Positions 46,201 to 58,200 of a stretch of DNA of 64,000 bases are shown piece after piece (the first letter of the stretch is position 1; each line of letters starts with the position of its first letter). Location of the stretch: NCBI GenBank assembly GCA_907165135.1, contig OU015566.1:13268001-13332000 (forward strand), given 5' to 3'. Both the position numbers and the translations under genes were made by a program. The notes beneath the pieces were generated by a model. The model was not told where the DNA came from and made no database searches. It worked only from the letters and a program-made list of their open reading frames with translations. This DNA is from Oikopleura dioica. Its lineage: Eukaryota; Animalia; Chordata.

Positions 46201-49200
46201 CCGCAGTTGTGAGTGCCGAGAGCGCACTCGTCAGCATCTTCGCAGACAATGCCGTCTCCTTCGTATCCTTCTTCACAAGTGCACTGGTATGATCCGACTG
46301 TATTCTGACAAGTGGCCAGCGAGCTGCATCGGTTGTTTTCTGCCTTGAGACATTCATTACGGTCGGTGCAGCTGTAGCCATTGCCCCAGAAGCCGTCCTT
46401 GCAAGTGCATTCAGAAGTAGTGGGCGACGTGGCCTTGCAATCGGCATTCACGTGACAAGACGCATTGTCGCATGCTTTCGAGGGTTGGCAGTCGAATCCG
46501 TCGCCGATCATTTCAGGCGGGCAGCTACACTCGTATGCGCCAGGAGTATTGACGCACGTGGCGTTGCCGTGGCACTCGTGCATTTCCAATCCGCACTCGT
46601 CCAAATCCTCGCAATAGAAACCGTTCCCGCGGAAGCCAGCATTACATACGCATGAAGCATCGTTTCCGATTCCCATGCAGAAGGCGTCTGGGTGACAGTT
46701 TTTAGTTGCACAGATTCCGGGAGATTTTGCGGGCAAGCAGCTGTCGCCGTTTTGTTGGAAACCGTCTTCGCAAGTGCACTTGTAGGAGCCAAAGGTGTTG
46801 GTGCAGCGCATATTCGGCTCTAGATTTTTATGAAGGGTCGAAAGAGCATATAAAACTTACGGCTGCAAAGCGTGGTATCACGGCATTCGTTATCATCAAC
46901 GCAGGTTTGTCCAGAGCCAAAGAATCCCTCCTTGCAAGTGCAAATGAATCCACCTTCTGTATTGGCGCATTCTGCCTGTTCATCACAATTGTGACCTCCC
47001 TCGATGCACTCGTCGATTTCAATGCAAGTCTTGCCGTCTCCCTAAATTCCTCGTTAGACTCGAAGATTCCTAGCGGTTTCCGCGGACAGATGGAATGTGA
47101 ACTCCCGTTCGGTGGCATTTTTATAATGGAAGAATGGGACTTTACCTTGAATCCTTCGGGACAGGAGCATTCGTACGAGCCACGAGTGTTGCGACAAACA
47201 CCGTATCGAAGATCGCACTCGGCCGTGCCTTCAGCGCATTCGTCGACGTCTTAAAATAAATTCATATTAAGGGCAAGACACCGAATTTTCAATCTTATTT
47301 CTGCTCGAATTTAACAAGCAAACACCCTTGTTCTTGCGCTCAAAATTATTTTTAGAGCACTTTCTTGTTCCCTTCTTCCTCAAGAATTGGGGTCTTTGAT
47401 GACCTGATAACATATATTTTCGACAGAAAACACTTACCATCGCACTTGAGCTGGTCGGAACTCGAGGCCCATTTCCCACGCCAGTCGCATTTGCGCGAAG
47501 TTTCGCCGGAAACGCGGCGGAAGCCCTCAGTGCAAGCCATTCTGAAATCGAGTTTTAGTATGTTCCACGCCCTGTCCACGTGTCCTTCAATTAAAATCTG
47601 AGATTTCAAGAATAGAAGCCAGGCAGTCTCGTGTTTTGGGTACTTACTCGCACTCGGTCGAGGTACAGGAAGTAATGTCAATGACAGGAATGTCGCGGAG
47701 GGCGGAGCACTTCGATTTGACACACTGCTCTCCACTGCCGAGGTAGCCAGCAGCGCAGATGCACTAAAACGATCAAAAACTGTCTTAAAAAACAGGGTCA
47801 AACCTTGAAGGAGCCAGCAGTATTGACGCATTTTTGACCAACAGACTTGCAATTATGGCTGCCATTATCGCATTCATTGATGTCAACGCATTTTCCTTTA
47901 ATAGAAAATTAAGCAAACATTGCCTTAAAAGATCAGAACTGTAGAAAGCTGAGCTCGGCAATCTGTGCAGAAAACCTGAGTCAGGGTCTAAAAGAGCTGA
48001 AATGAAAAGCCGCGCAGAGGCTCTTTTTAAAACGAAGCCGCGAAGCGGCTTGGCTAGAATTCTTTATAGATTGTAATGGTATTATTCGCTGTGCGGCTTT
48101 TCATTTCATCTCTTTCAGACCCTGACACAGGTTTTCTACACAGGTTGCCGAGCCCAGGTAGAGAGAATACAAACCTGCAGAGACTTTGAAGCCATCCTTG
48201 CATTTGCACTTGTAACTGCCAACAGTATTGACGCACTCGGCACCAGGACAAGCTGATCGAAGTGAAATTGTTTTTCCTAAAAAAAAGTTTTAAGCCGAAT
48301 AAAGAGGGATGGAAAATTTCTAATGACGTCGAAGAATGGCTTTTGCACCAAGACTGGGTCCGATAATGGTCATTATCAGGAGGACTTAGATGGATTCAGA
48401 AGCGAATCATCCAAAACAGAATAAGATAAAAATTGAATTAAATTGATAAAATGAAGCGGTTTAAAATAATTGAGTGTTGCAATCCAACAACTCCATTTTC
48501 TGGAAATGGCATGCAAATTTCGACCTAAACGTCTTGATTTCTTACCGCTATCTGAATTTCGATTAGCTCCAAATTGATCGACGTTTTTCGTGATTTTGCT
48601 ATTGGGCCAAAATAATGAAAAGAAGGGGGAGGGATTAAATTCAATATTCAAGAATATTTTTGTGGCGCATCTGGTGAGTTCGGAAAAGAATCAACCAAAT
48701 AATAGTTAAATTTTAGGAGATAAAATGAGTGTTGTCAAGCAGCAGCTCAAAATCATCATGAAAGTCATCTTGATGCTCAGAATTGACTGTAATGAAGTAT
48801 CTTACCGCTACTTGACAAATCATAGAGTAGTAGAAACGTGTCGTTGCTGTCCAACTCTTTAGAAATATAATAAAAAAGAAAAGTTAAAAAATTATTGCAA
48901 AAGGCAACACAACCTGGGCGCGATGGCGAGTTATTAAAACAAACATTACATCAAATTCTTTATTTTCTAAAACGGCGGCACGCCATTTGAGCTCAATTAC
49001 ATAGTTGTAAAAAAATATTATCTATCTTTGTTTTGGAAAATGTGGCGGCGTACTAATTTAATTTATCATTATTACATGTTATTAAATACAAATAAGATAA
49101 CATCGTTTATTCAATAACCCAGCTTAAAGTTAGAGTCTCTAGCCCAATAATTCTTTAGATAACCCCTAAGAGTAAGAAACAACTCGCTTATGTCAAGAAT

Positions 49201-52200
49201 GAAGCGTCGTTTGTGAATTCTAGCACGCTCTTAGGCAAGAAGCTGCTGGATAATCGCATTCCGGAAATCTATTTTCTGACGCTGCTGATTCTCAACAGGA
49301 TGTGCCCCTGGCTGACCGAAATCGACACGGGCAAACGAGAACAATCCGCGCTGCCTTGATATCCTTCTTCATCCCCCGGAGGGTTAACCCTCTAACGCGG
49401 CTTTTTTGGCATTATACATTTTACAACTCAGACAAAATTGCATCATCAAATCTGATTAGTATCGTGCTGACGACATGGAAAAATAAAAAAGATGAAAAAT
49501 TTCGCGTCGATTTCACGCACAAGCCAATTTTTTTATCATCGAGTTGTGGTGCAATTATCTAAGCACGTAAATTGGCCGATTACTCGCGCCGCACATGCTG
49601 TGGCCGCTGCATTCTTCAGCTTTAAAACTCAGAGACCATCGGACAGATTTGCTTTTTTACCTTTCTTAGGAGTGACCATTTCGCGCAGGACTCCTACAAT
49701 GCACTCGTCAACGTCTTCGCAAGTTTTTCCGTCGCCGGAGTAGCCATCTTTGCAGCGGCATTTGAAGCCTTTTCCGGTGTTCTGAAGGGATTTTAAGCAA
49801 ATGACACCCTTATTTTCAGAATTATTCAGGGAAATCCTGACTGACTTACAGTAATTTCACTTTAATTACTAGCATTCTTACAATCTACTCAATTAACTCC
49901 TACAAAGTATCGCTCTAATCGTGCATTTCATTATCTACTGCCCTAGTACTGTCAGTTGTTCACTGAAGCATCCAATGAACGAGAAAATGCGCACACTTAC
50001 CAAGCAACTAGCATTGACGTCGCAATCGTGAAGCCCAAGAGCACACTCGTCTCTTTCCCTGCAGACGCCACCGGAGCGGAAGTGTCCTTCTTGACATTGG
50101 CAGGTGAAACCGCCATCGCGATTTTCGCACTTTTCGCCTGCGTTACTGATTCAAGGGTTTTCGCTTTCATTCAATATCAGAATTTCTCCCCGAAAATTCT
50201 AGGAAGGGTCCTTAGGCTTTTTTGAGAAGTAGAAACCCTTAACAATTGTGCGTGCCCATGGTGCACTCGTCGATATCAACGCAAGTATCCGGAGCATTTT
50301 TCGGAGCAAAGAAACCTCCATCGCAAGCACATTCGTGTCCTCCCTTTTTGAGCGGAATACAGACTTTCGGGAATCTACAGTTGTGTTCTCCAGCGAGACA
50401 AGCATCGACCATTTCACACGTGAGTCCGTCGCCAATGAAACCTAAAATGAAGCTTGAGAAGCTGGCGCTTTGATTGAGTTCGTATGAGTGAAAAGAGACG
50501 TTTCTAATCTGCAATTAAGACGATCAATCAGACAGGTATGTTGTAAATTTTTTGTAATATTTTTCATTATTTATGATATAAAAACGACATAAGATCAGAT
50601 GGAAAAGCCGCAGCTTATTTCAAGATCCATCTGTTTTTTTTCGGATTACAATATCAATTATTAATTGACAATTAAGTCCCAGACGAAGAATATGAAACCA
50701 GTTGATTGATATGTTTTTTTCTTGAATCCATCAAGGTGCCTCCTTATATAATCGTTTGACGACAAAGTTCAGCTGTAGGCAGATTTAATCTCAACTCCCA
50801 AATCAATTTCAATAGTGTCTTATTGAGAACCAGCTGATTTCCGTCATCGTTTATATAAAAAAAACATAATAGAGAGGTCAAATGAATCAAGCCGTCAATC
50901 GAACTTTGGCAATGATATGTTACCATGTACAGTTTCTTACTGTACTTGAAATGAAATGAGAGAAACACGTTTTTACCTAATTAAGGATTTATCAAATGCC
51001 CGTTTTACAAGTGTGATAAAAAAAGAATCCGCTTACGAAATCAAACACGTCGGCCAACACGCTTTAGCTGTGTTCCGAAATTTAGGGAAATCGAAAAACG
51101 ATTAATTACCAGGTTTGCAGGTGCACTCGTGCCCGCCAATAACGTTCTTGCATTTGGCGTTTCTGTCGCAATCGCTGCCCATCGAACTGGCGCATTCGTC
51201 AATGTCGGAGCAGTCGCGCCCGTTTCCTTCGTATCCGGACTAGTGAGGGCTGAGGGCTACCTGCCACTTAGCAGAGAGAGTGGGAGGGGCGCTTGAATTT
51301 GGTAACGCCGTAGTTTGACGATAACCGTTCGTTTTCTAACAGGCTTCATTTTAGTCGTTTTTATCGATTTCAAAAGAATAATATGAATAAATGCTGAGTT
51401 ATGGCCTCTTATATCATCTTCAATTCATTCAAAAATTTAAGAATATTAAAAAGCAATTATAGATTCAAAGCTTAGATTTTCCATAATTTGAGATTGCGAC
51501 ACTGAAATTACATCCGGATTAAATTATTTTAAATTGCGGTTGCCAATTAAGAAAGAATAATTTAAGGATATTTTCTTCAAAATCTTACATAAACCTTGGT
51601 AACTTATCAATGCCAATTTTCTCTAAGAATATTTTCTATTTCGCCTTTTTTTCCGAAAAATCACGGGCGGACAGATTATCCTCAGCCGTTCCTTGCATTT
51701 GCATTGGAAGCTGCCCTCGTTGTCGATGCAAATCGCGTGCTCGTGGCATCCTGCGAGTCCCTCGGCGCATTCATCGACGTTGACGCATCCGACGCCGGCG
51801 CGCGACTTGAATCCATCCGGACAAGCGCACACGAACGTTCCGTGCTGATTTTTGCACTCAGCGCCTGGCGGACAAGGATTTGGAGAGCAACGATCGGGCT
51901 CTTCGCAAGTGACGCCGTCCTTAGTGAATCCAGCGGGGCAAGCGCAATCGTATCCGCCTTCAAAGTTGACGCAGACGGCGTTGGTTCCACAAGAGTGTTC
52001 GTTGTTTTCACATTCGTCGATGTCGGTGCAGCTGAAGCCGTCGCCGGTAAAGCCAGTTGGACAGGAGCAGTCGTAGCTGCCAACAGTGTTGGTGCATTTA
52101 GCAGAAGCGTGACAGGTATGAGATCCATCTTCGCATTCGTTGATGTCTACGAAGAAATTTTTATCGAAAGAAAAATGACTTTTGTCACGAAAAAAGACTT

Positions 52201-55200
52201 TTTTTTCAATAAAAATGACTTTTGTAACGAAAAAAACACTTTTGTCACGAAAAAAGATTTTTGTCACGAAAAATGACTTTTGTCACGAAAAATGATTTTT
52301 GTCACGAAAAAAGATTTTTGTCACGAAAAATGACTTTTGTCACGAAAAATGATTTTTGTCACGAAACAAGACTTTTGTCACGAAAAAAGACTTTTGTCAC
52401 GAAAAAACACATTTGTCATGAAAAAAGACTTTTTTCAGGAAAAAACTTTTGATAATACGCTCCGGGGCGCTGATCTTTTTGAATTTGGCCAATTTTCGGC
52501 AGTAAAAATAGTAAGCTGTTCCAACAAAGGGCGCTGAATAAAATGCTAATCGATCTGATTTGGATCGCTCCTCCGCCACCGCCGGAGTCAGCAGGGCCCC
52601 ATCTAACGACGTGTGTTTTGCGTCACGATTTTGATTCCAGCTAAACAACTCTAACCGCCCGTCAGCGTCAATTTATATCTTCTTGCGGTGAACTTGCCAA
52701 AAACAAAAACCAACGCATTTTTTCCCAACTTGAATGCAAAATGGTACGTGAAGCAAAAGATGGCTTACCGTTGCAGGAAGCGCCATCGCCTTCAAATCCC
52801 GGGGCACAGTTGCACTTGTAGCTGCCTAAAATGTTGACGCAGGAAGAGTCTTTTGGACAAGTTGCGACTCCGTTTTTGCACTCGTTGACATCTTAAAATA
52901 TATGAATAGAAATAGGTAATTAAGAAGTCAATTAGCCGTCAATTTATCTGAAGGAGGTACCATCTTAATCTTATGAAAACATCAAAATCACTGATTTAAA
53001 ATCTTGATTTCGACCAATTAAAACATTATTTTAAATAAAATAGCAGCTAAAATTAACGATATCTTGATGAATGGATTGACTATCTTGATGGAATTTAACT
53101 CTCTTAATTGACTCCTTTATTTTAATTTCTAAGTTCTCGAATATATCAACGGCTTTTCTTACGCTCTTTTTGAATAAGTTTTTCTCTTACCGTAGCATCC
53201 AGTTTTCGGATTTCCACTGTATCCAGGCGCGCACTGGCACTCGAACGAGCCGGGCTTGTTGACGCATCTGGTTCCCTTGGCGTTGCAGTTGTGGTTGCCA
53301 GTGGCGCATTCGTTGATGTCCTCGCAGGCGAGGCCGTCTCCTTTGAAGCCAGCTCGGCAGGCGCACTTGTGGGAGCCGAGTGTATTTGTGCAAATCGCAT
53401 AAGGAGAGCATTGATGAGTTCCAGCAATGCATTCGTCCTGGTCTAAAGGGAATTCGTTAGTTTGACCAATCAAAAGGCTCGATGGCAGATTTTCGCTATC
53501 ACAAGACATCGATGTAGCGCCAAGTTATTACTCGGCGTGGCTTTTCTATCTTATCAATTATTAGCTTTCCGCTTTGGGTCGAGAAACGCGATAAGGTGCC
53601 TTTCTAAAGTTGTTCTTTCCCAATCCATCTGGCTATTCACATGCGATAAGTCCGATTCCTGCCGAGTCGGATGAACCGGCGAACGTGAGTGCTCTCTTAT
53701 CAGAAAATTGGATTGTTTTATTTTTTATTTAGAAATATTTTTTCTGTATTCTATTTTTAAGAATGCCCATTAAAATAAATCGATAATCAGTATTTATTAA
53801 TTTTTTTATATTTATTATTTAATTTATTAAAAATAACTATTTAATTTAATATTTTGATTAAAAATGAATATTTATAAAATTACTCTCTTTGGTCCTTTTG
53901 AGCCTTTCTTTTATGGAGAAAGTAGACCATCGAAATTTTTGCGTCGCGGAAAGAGTAATTTAACGACACTTAGTTTTGGTGGAACGCTACTTGTTGAGGT
54001 ACTGGTGGTGCTGGTGCAGCCAGCAGGCGGTGTGGCTGCTTTGGTGCCGAGGGGGCCACTCGTGAAAACTCGCGGCGGGCAGCTTACGAGCGCCCTCGTT
54101 CAGCGCGTGACGAATCGTTTTCCCGGGCTTAGGGCCACCCACCGCTCTCTTGCAAAGCTAACATCTCGATTTAAAAAAATGGAAAACTAAGAAAAGACGA
54201 TGAAAAGCAGAGATTTCCTGACCAACTCGAAGAGGAAGAAGTTATAAAACAAAGAGAAATCATCGAAGAAAAGAAAAACTAAAACTCGAGCTTGAAATTT
54301 CAAAAAATAAAAAGAAAATTATGGGCGATTTTTTCACAATTGTGCTGATTGGCATGGCCATCAGCGTGGCAGTTTTTGCTTTTGGATTGATTCAGGTAAG
54401 ATCTTCCGTTTCTTTTCGACCCTTTTTTCCCTTTTTTTTGTCCCAAAATCGATTATTGAAATTATTTCAGAAATAGTTCCTTTGACCTTGATTTAGTTAA
54501 AGACTATTTAAAATGCATACAGTACATTTTTCGACCTCCGTCTCTTTTGATCCAGATATGTAATCGACTTTGCATGTTTTGAGAAATAATACGCGGCATT
54601 TACGGTAAAAATAGACTGGCGGGTGCATGTGATGCTTTGAATCGCAAATACGCGAAAAACTTGCTTATCATTGCGCAACAGTCTTCTTACTTTGTGTCCA
54701 TATTTTGGACACTCATAACTTGCTTTTTATAAATAAAAAATAAACTTGAGCATTTCTAGTTAAAACCTAAAAGCAGTCTTTCCCTTAAGTTTACTGTAGC
54801 AAAATCGCTTATTCACCCAAATTTTTCTAGCAGCCCCGAAGACGCCAGCTGACAACGACCCAAAAAACCGCTGCCGAGATCAGAAATCGGCACGCCGTGC
54901 TGACCCCTGCACGCATTTGCACAGGAGTGACTACCCAACCGCGGGCTGAGCTCACAAACATCTAAACCCCAAAACCAGTAGCTCTCTTTGTATATTTTTC
55001 CTACTTCGAAAAGACGTCTATCTCCATCCCACCCGTATTTCTTACAATTTTTTATTACCCATAACTAAGGAATAAAAAAAAACGAGGACCATGAATGTCA
55101 TGAAACAACGAAAATTAACCCTGTTTGAGTTTCAATCTAATGCAAGAAACAAGGTGACTTTTAGACCCCCACCCCCCTTTACTCCCCCCTAAACCCCCCT

Positions 55201-58200
55201 TCAAAATTCAGACTCGATTTTCGCCGATTTGGGCTGTTTTGATTGGATCCCGGTACTGGCAACTGCGGGTCCCACGTGACGATTCAAATTTTCGACGCAA
55301 AATCGACTCGAAAGCCAATTTTTCGACACGGAAAGAACGAAGAAAAGATTTTTCAAAAAAGCCTGTGTCAAAAAACTGAAACTGAACTGCATGTCGTAGA
55401 AATTGCACAGTTAATAAATGTGCAGATTTGTACATAACAAAACTCAATTTGTATTTTTTACCTCTGCATCCTTTTCGAAGATCACCAATCATGCCCTCCT
55501 TGCATTTGCATCTGTAGCCTCCTGGAACATTGATGCATTGAATATTCGGCTTTCCAGTGCACTGATTTTTGACAGCGCACTCGTCAATGTCCTCGCATTC
55601 GCCTCGGAAAGCACTTCCAAGATCTTTGAAGCCTTTCTTGCATTTGCATCGATGAGTTCCGACGTAGTTCTTGCAGGACGCATTGGAATCGCACTAGAAA
55701 GTAGGTCAATTTCGAAGTTTTTAGAAAAAGAAGAAAAAATGCTAGTCTTCAAGAAATTCATTCACTCATTCATTCATTCATTGAGAGTCAGATACCTTGT
55801 GCATTCCAGCTGCGCACTCGTCCATGTCAACGCAAAGTTTGACCCCGTCGCCTCGGTATCCTGTTTTGCACTGTTTTAAGGGTCACGACTTTCATCCATC
55901 ACGTAGAGAGGGGTTATCATTCGAGCCTATAATTCGAGCCATCCAATATCTCTAGAATCTGGGCTAGTGGTTAGGGTAAGGGACTGGAAACTCTTAACGG
56001 GGGTTCAAAGACCCCCGGTTTAGGCCTTAGGTAGGGGGTCCCGGGGGGGGGGCGTACCCCCCTGGGTTCGGTTTAGCGTTAGGGGCAGCTCGATTGATAA
56101 CCCCCTACTACCATCCATCATCATACAAAGAAGAAGTCTTTTTCGACCCTTTCCTTGCATCTGTATCCCCCAGGTTCGTTGAAGCACTCAGCTCGCTCGT
56201 GACAAACATCATCCTTTTCGCACTCATTGATGTCCTCGCACTTCCACCCGTTGCCCTTAAAACCATCGATGCACATGCAACCGTAGCCGCCCGGTTTGTT
56301 CCAGCACTTGCCACCGAGAGGCGTGCAGTTGTGATCGCCAGTTTCGCACTCGTTGATATCCTGCGCCAGGTTACGCCACGGTCGGTCGATTTAAAAAACC
56401 GCATCGTGGCTGTAACCTCCGCCTTGCACGTAAAGCCGTCGCCCTCGAAGCCCTTTTTGCACTCGCAGGTTACGCTGCCCACGGTGTTGGTGCAGATCGC
56501 ATTGTCCGAGCAGGGGTTGTCTTGAACGCATTCGTCCACATCTTGAACATTTTAATTAGCTTGAACTCAAAAAATAAAAATGACAATTAGAAAATTTTTC
56601 AAAAAAAAAACACATCTCTTAAAAAAACACACACTTCGGAGGGATGGTGTCTGGAACCGAGAAAAAAAATTTCGACAAATTTTGCGTGGGCGGCTACTCG
56701 GTTGCTGATTGGCCGATTTTTCGAATTCAGGCTTCTGATTGGTCGAAAATCTCCACGTAAAATTTGTCGAAATGTTTTTGTCGGTTCCAGACACCTCCCC
56801 GCATCGAAGAATTTCTATTGCATAAAAACATGCATGATTCTCTGCACTTGGCGTTCAGACATCTCTTTTTAGAAGGTCTCGATTGCTAAGTGCGATAAAC
56901 TGGCGCTCGGGTCGCACGCGGCCGACATGGTGTCGGTGGCGTTGGTGTCGCAGGTGCTGCAGGTGCGAGCGCCTTTTCTGGGACTTCTTCTAGGCTTATT
57001 TGGACTGAGCTTGTGGAGCCGTCACAAAATATTCGCCCAGTCCAAATAACCATCACGCAGGCGCAAAAATAAACCCCGCGCCGCTCCTTCTACTGTTTCC
57101 CCGACCGCACATTACGTAAGCAGCGAGCTAGAGGCACAGTGAGTCGCGGGCAGCCGCCAATCTCGCCACAAAGTGCGGTAATTATAAAACTTATTTCTTC
57201 CGGGTAAAAAAGTTTTTTCCCTCATCCGGAAAATTTCAATAAAAAAAACGGATAAAAAAGTGATCGTTTCCAGGATTTTTTTCAAGAGGGATTTCCAAAC
57301 TCCTGCTCCTGGCCTTACTCCGACAATTATTCACATCTGATAAGCTCTAACTCTGTGCTGGAAATGCAAATCTGAAAAGAAGGTTGTTAATGAAGCTTGA
57401 CTCAGATGCAGTGCATCTAAAATAACCTCGGTGTTTCTTTTTGTTTCGTTGCTTTTGATAGGGTTAACGTGCTTGCATAGGCTTATTTCCCGGGTGGTTG
57501 CTAAATCCGCTAGGAAGGGGGCCACGGAAGCTTTTAAAATCCGTCCTGGGCGGAGCAAACTCGGCCCAACCCGCCAAAATTGACGAAAAATACCGTAATT
57601 TAAAAAAGGGAGTATCCGTCAATGGAGGTTTGAAATCATAATTGCTCGTTTCTTGTTTGAAAATTTAGGAAGAAAGGATCGTCACGTCAGGAAAGACACG
57701 TTCAACGAGCAAATCAGATAACGCCTGACGGCTGATAAAAATTGGCGACGCTGAAAGGGCAACAAGGACTGACGCCGCTTCCTGGAAAGCTCGAGATCGA
57801 GTCAGTCTTGATTTCTGCTTGGGATATTCTCAAATGAAATTTGTGAAATTTAATGTGATAAAGATGAGCTACATGTAGCCATAAACTCGATCAGATAATT
57901 ACTAGCTCCTGACAAACGGTCCTTGATTATCCACCCCATAATCTCTTGCCTATCCATCCGATCCATCCGACGCTCAAGCCGTTCTTGAGCACCCTAGCCT
58001 GTTTTCAACTCGATTGATGACGACGCTCCTTCGAACGTCGTCTCAAGCCTTTTGCGTGCTTCATATACTTCTTTTTCAGCAAGCCAGTCGTCATATAATT
58101 GAATTTGCTTCTGACGCAACGCGATAAGTTCCGATTTACGGGACTTGAAAGCTTTCCAGTTTATCTTTTTTCTTTTATCTCCTCGCTCGTCATCTAAAAC

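Noticed and set aside
45096-46292. 398-aa plus-strand ORF and the many other 60-280-aa ORFs overlapping EGF, VWD, GH9 and MyBP-C exons
   Set aside because: Antisense or alternative-frame shadows of strongly supported coding exons, with no motifs of their own.
48725-48862. Short plus-strand ORF ending [12 protein letters not shown], resembling a cystine-knot C-terminus
   Set aside because: Only 45 codons, with no upstream exons or other knot cysteines found.
52171-52450. Regular array that could be mistaken for CRISPR, and its ORFs (52261, 52337)
   Set aside because: Head-to-tail 19-nt units with no unique spacers in a eukaryotic intron: a minisatellite.
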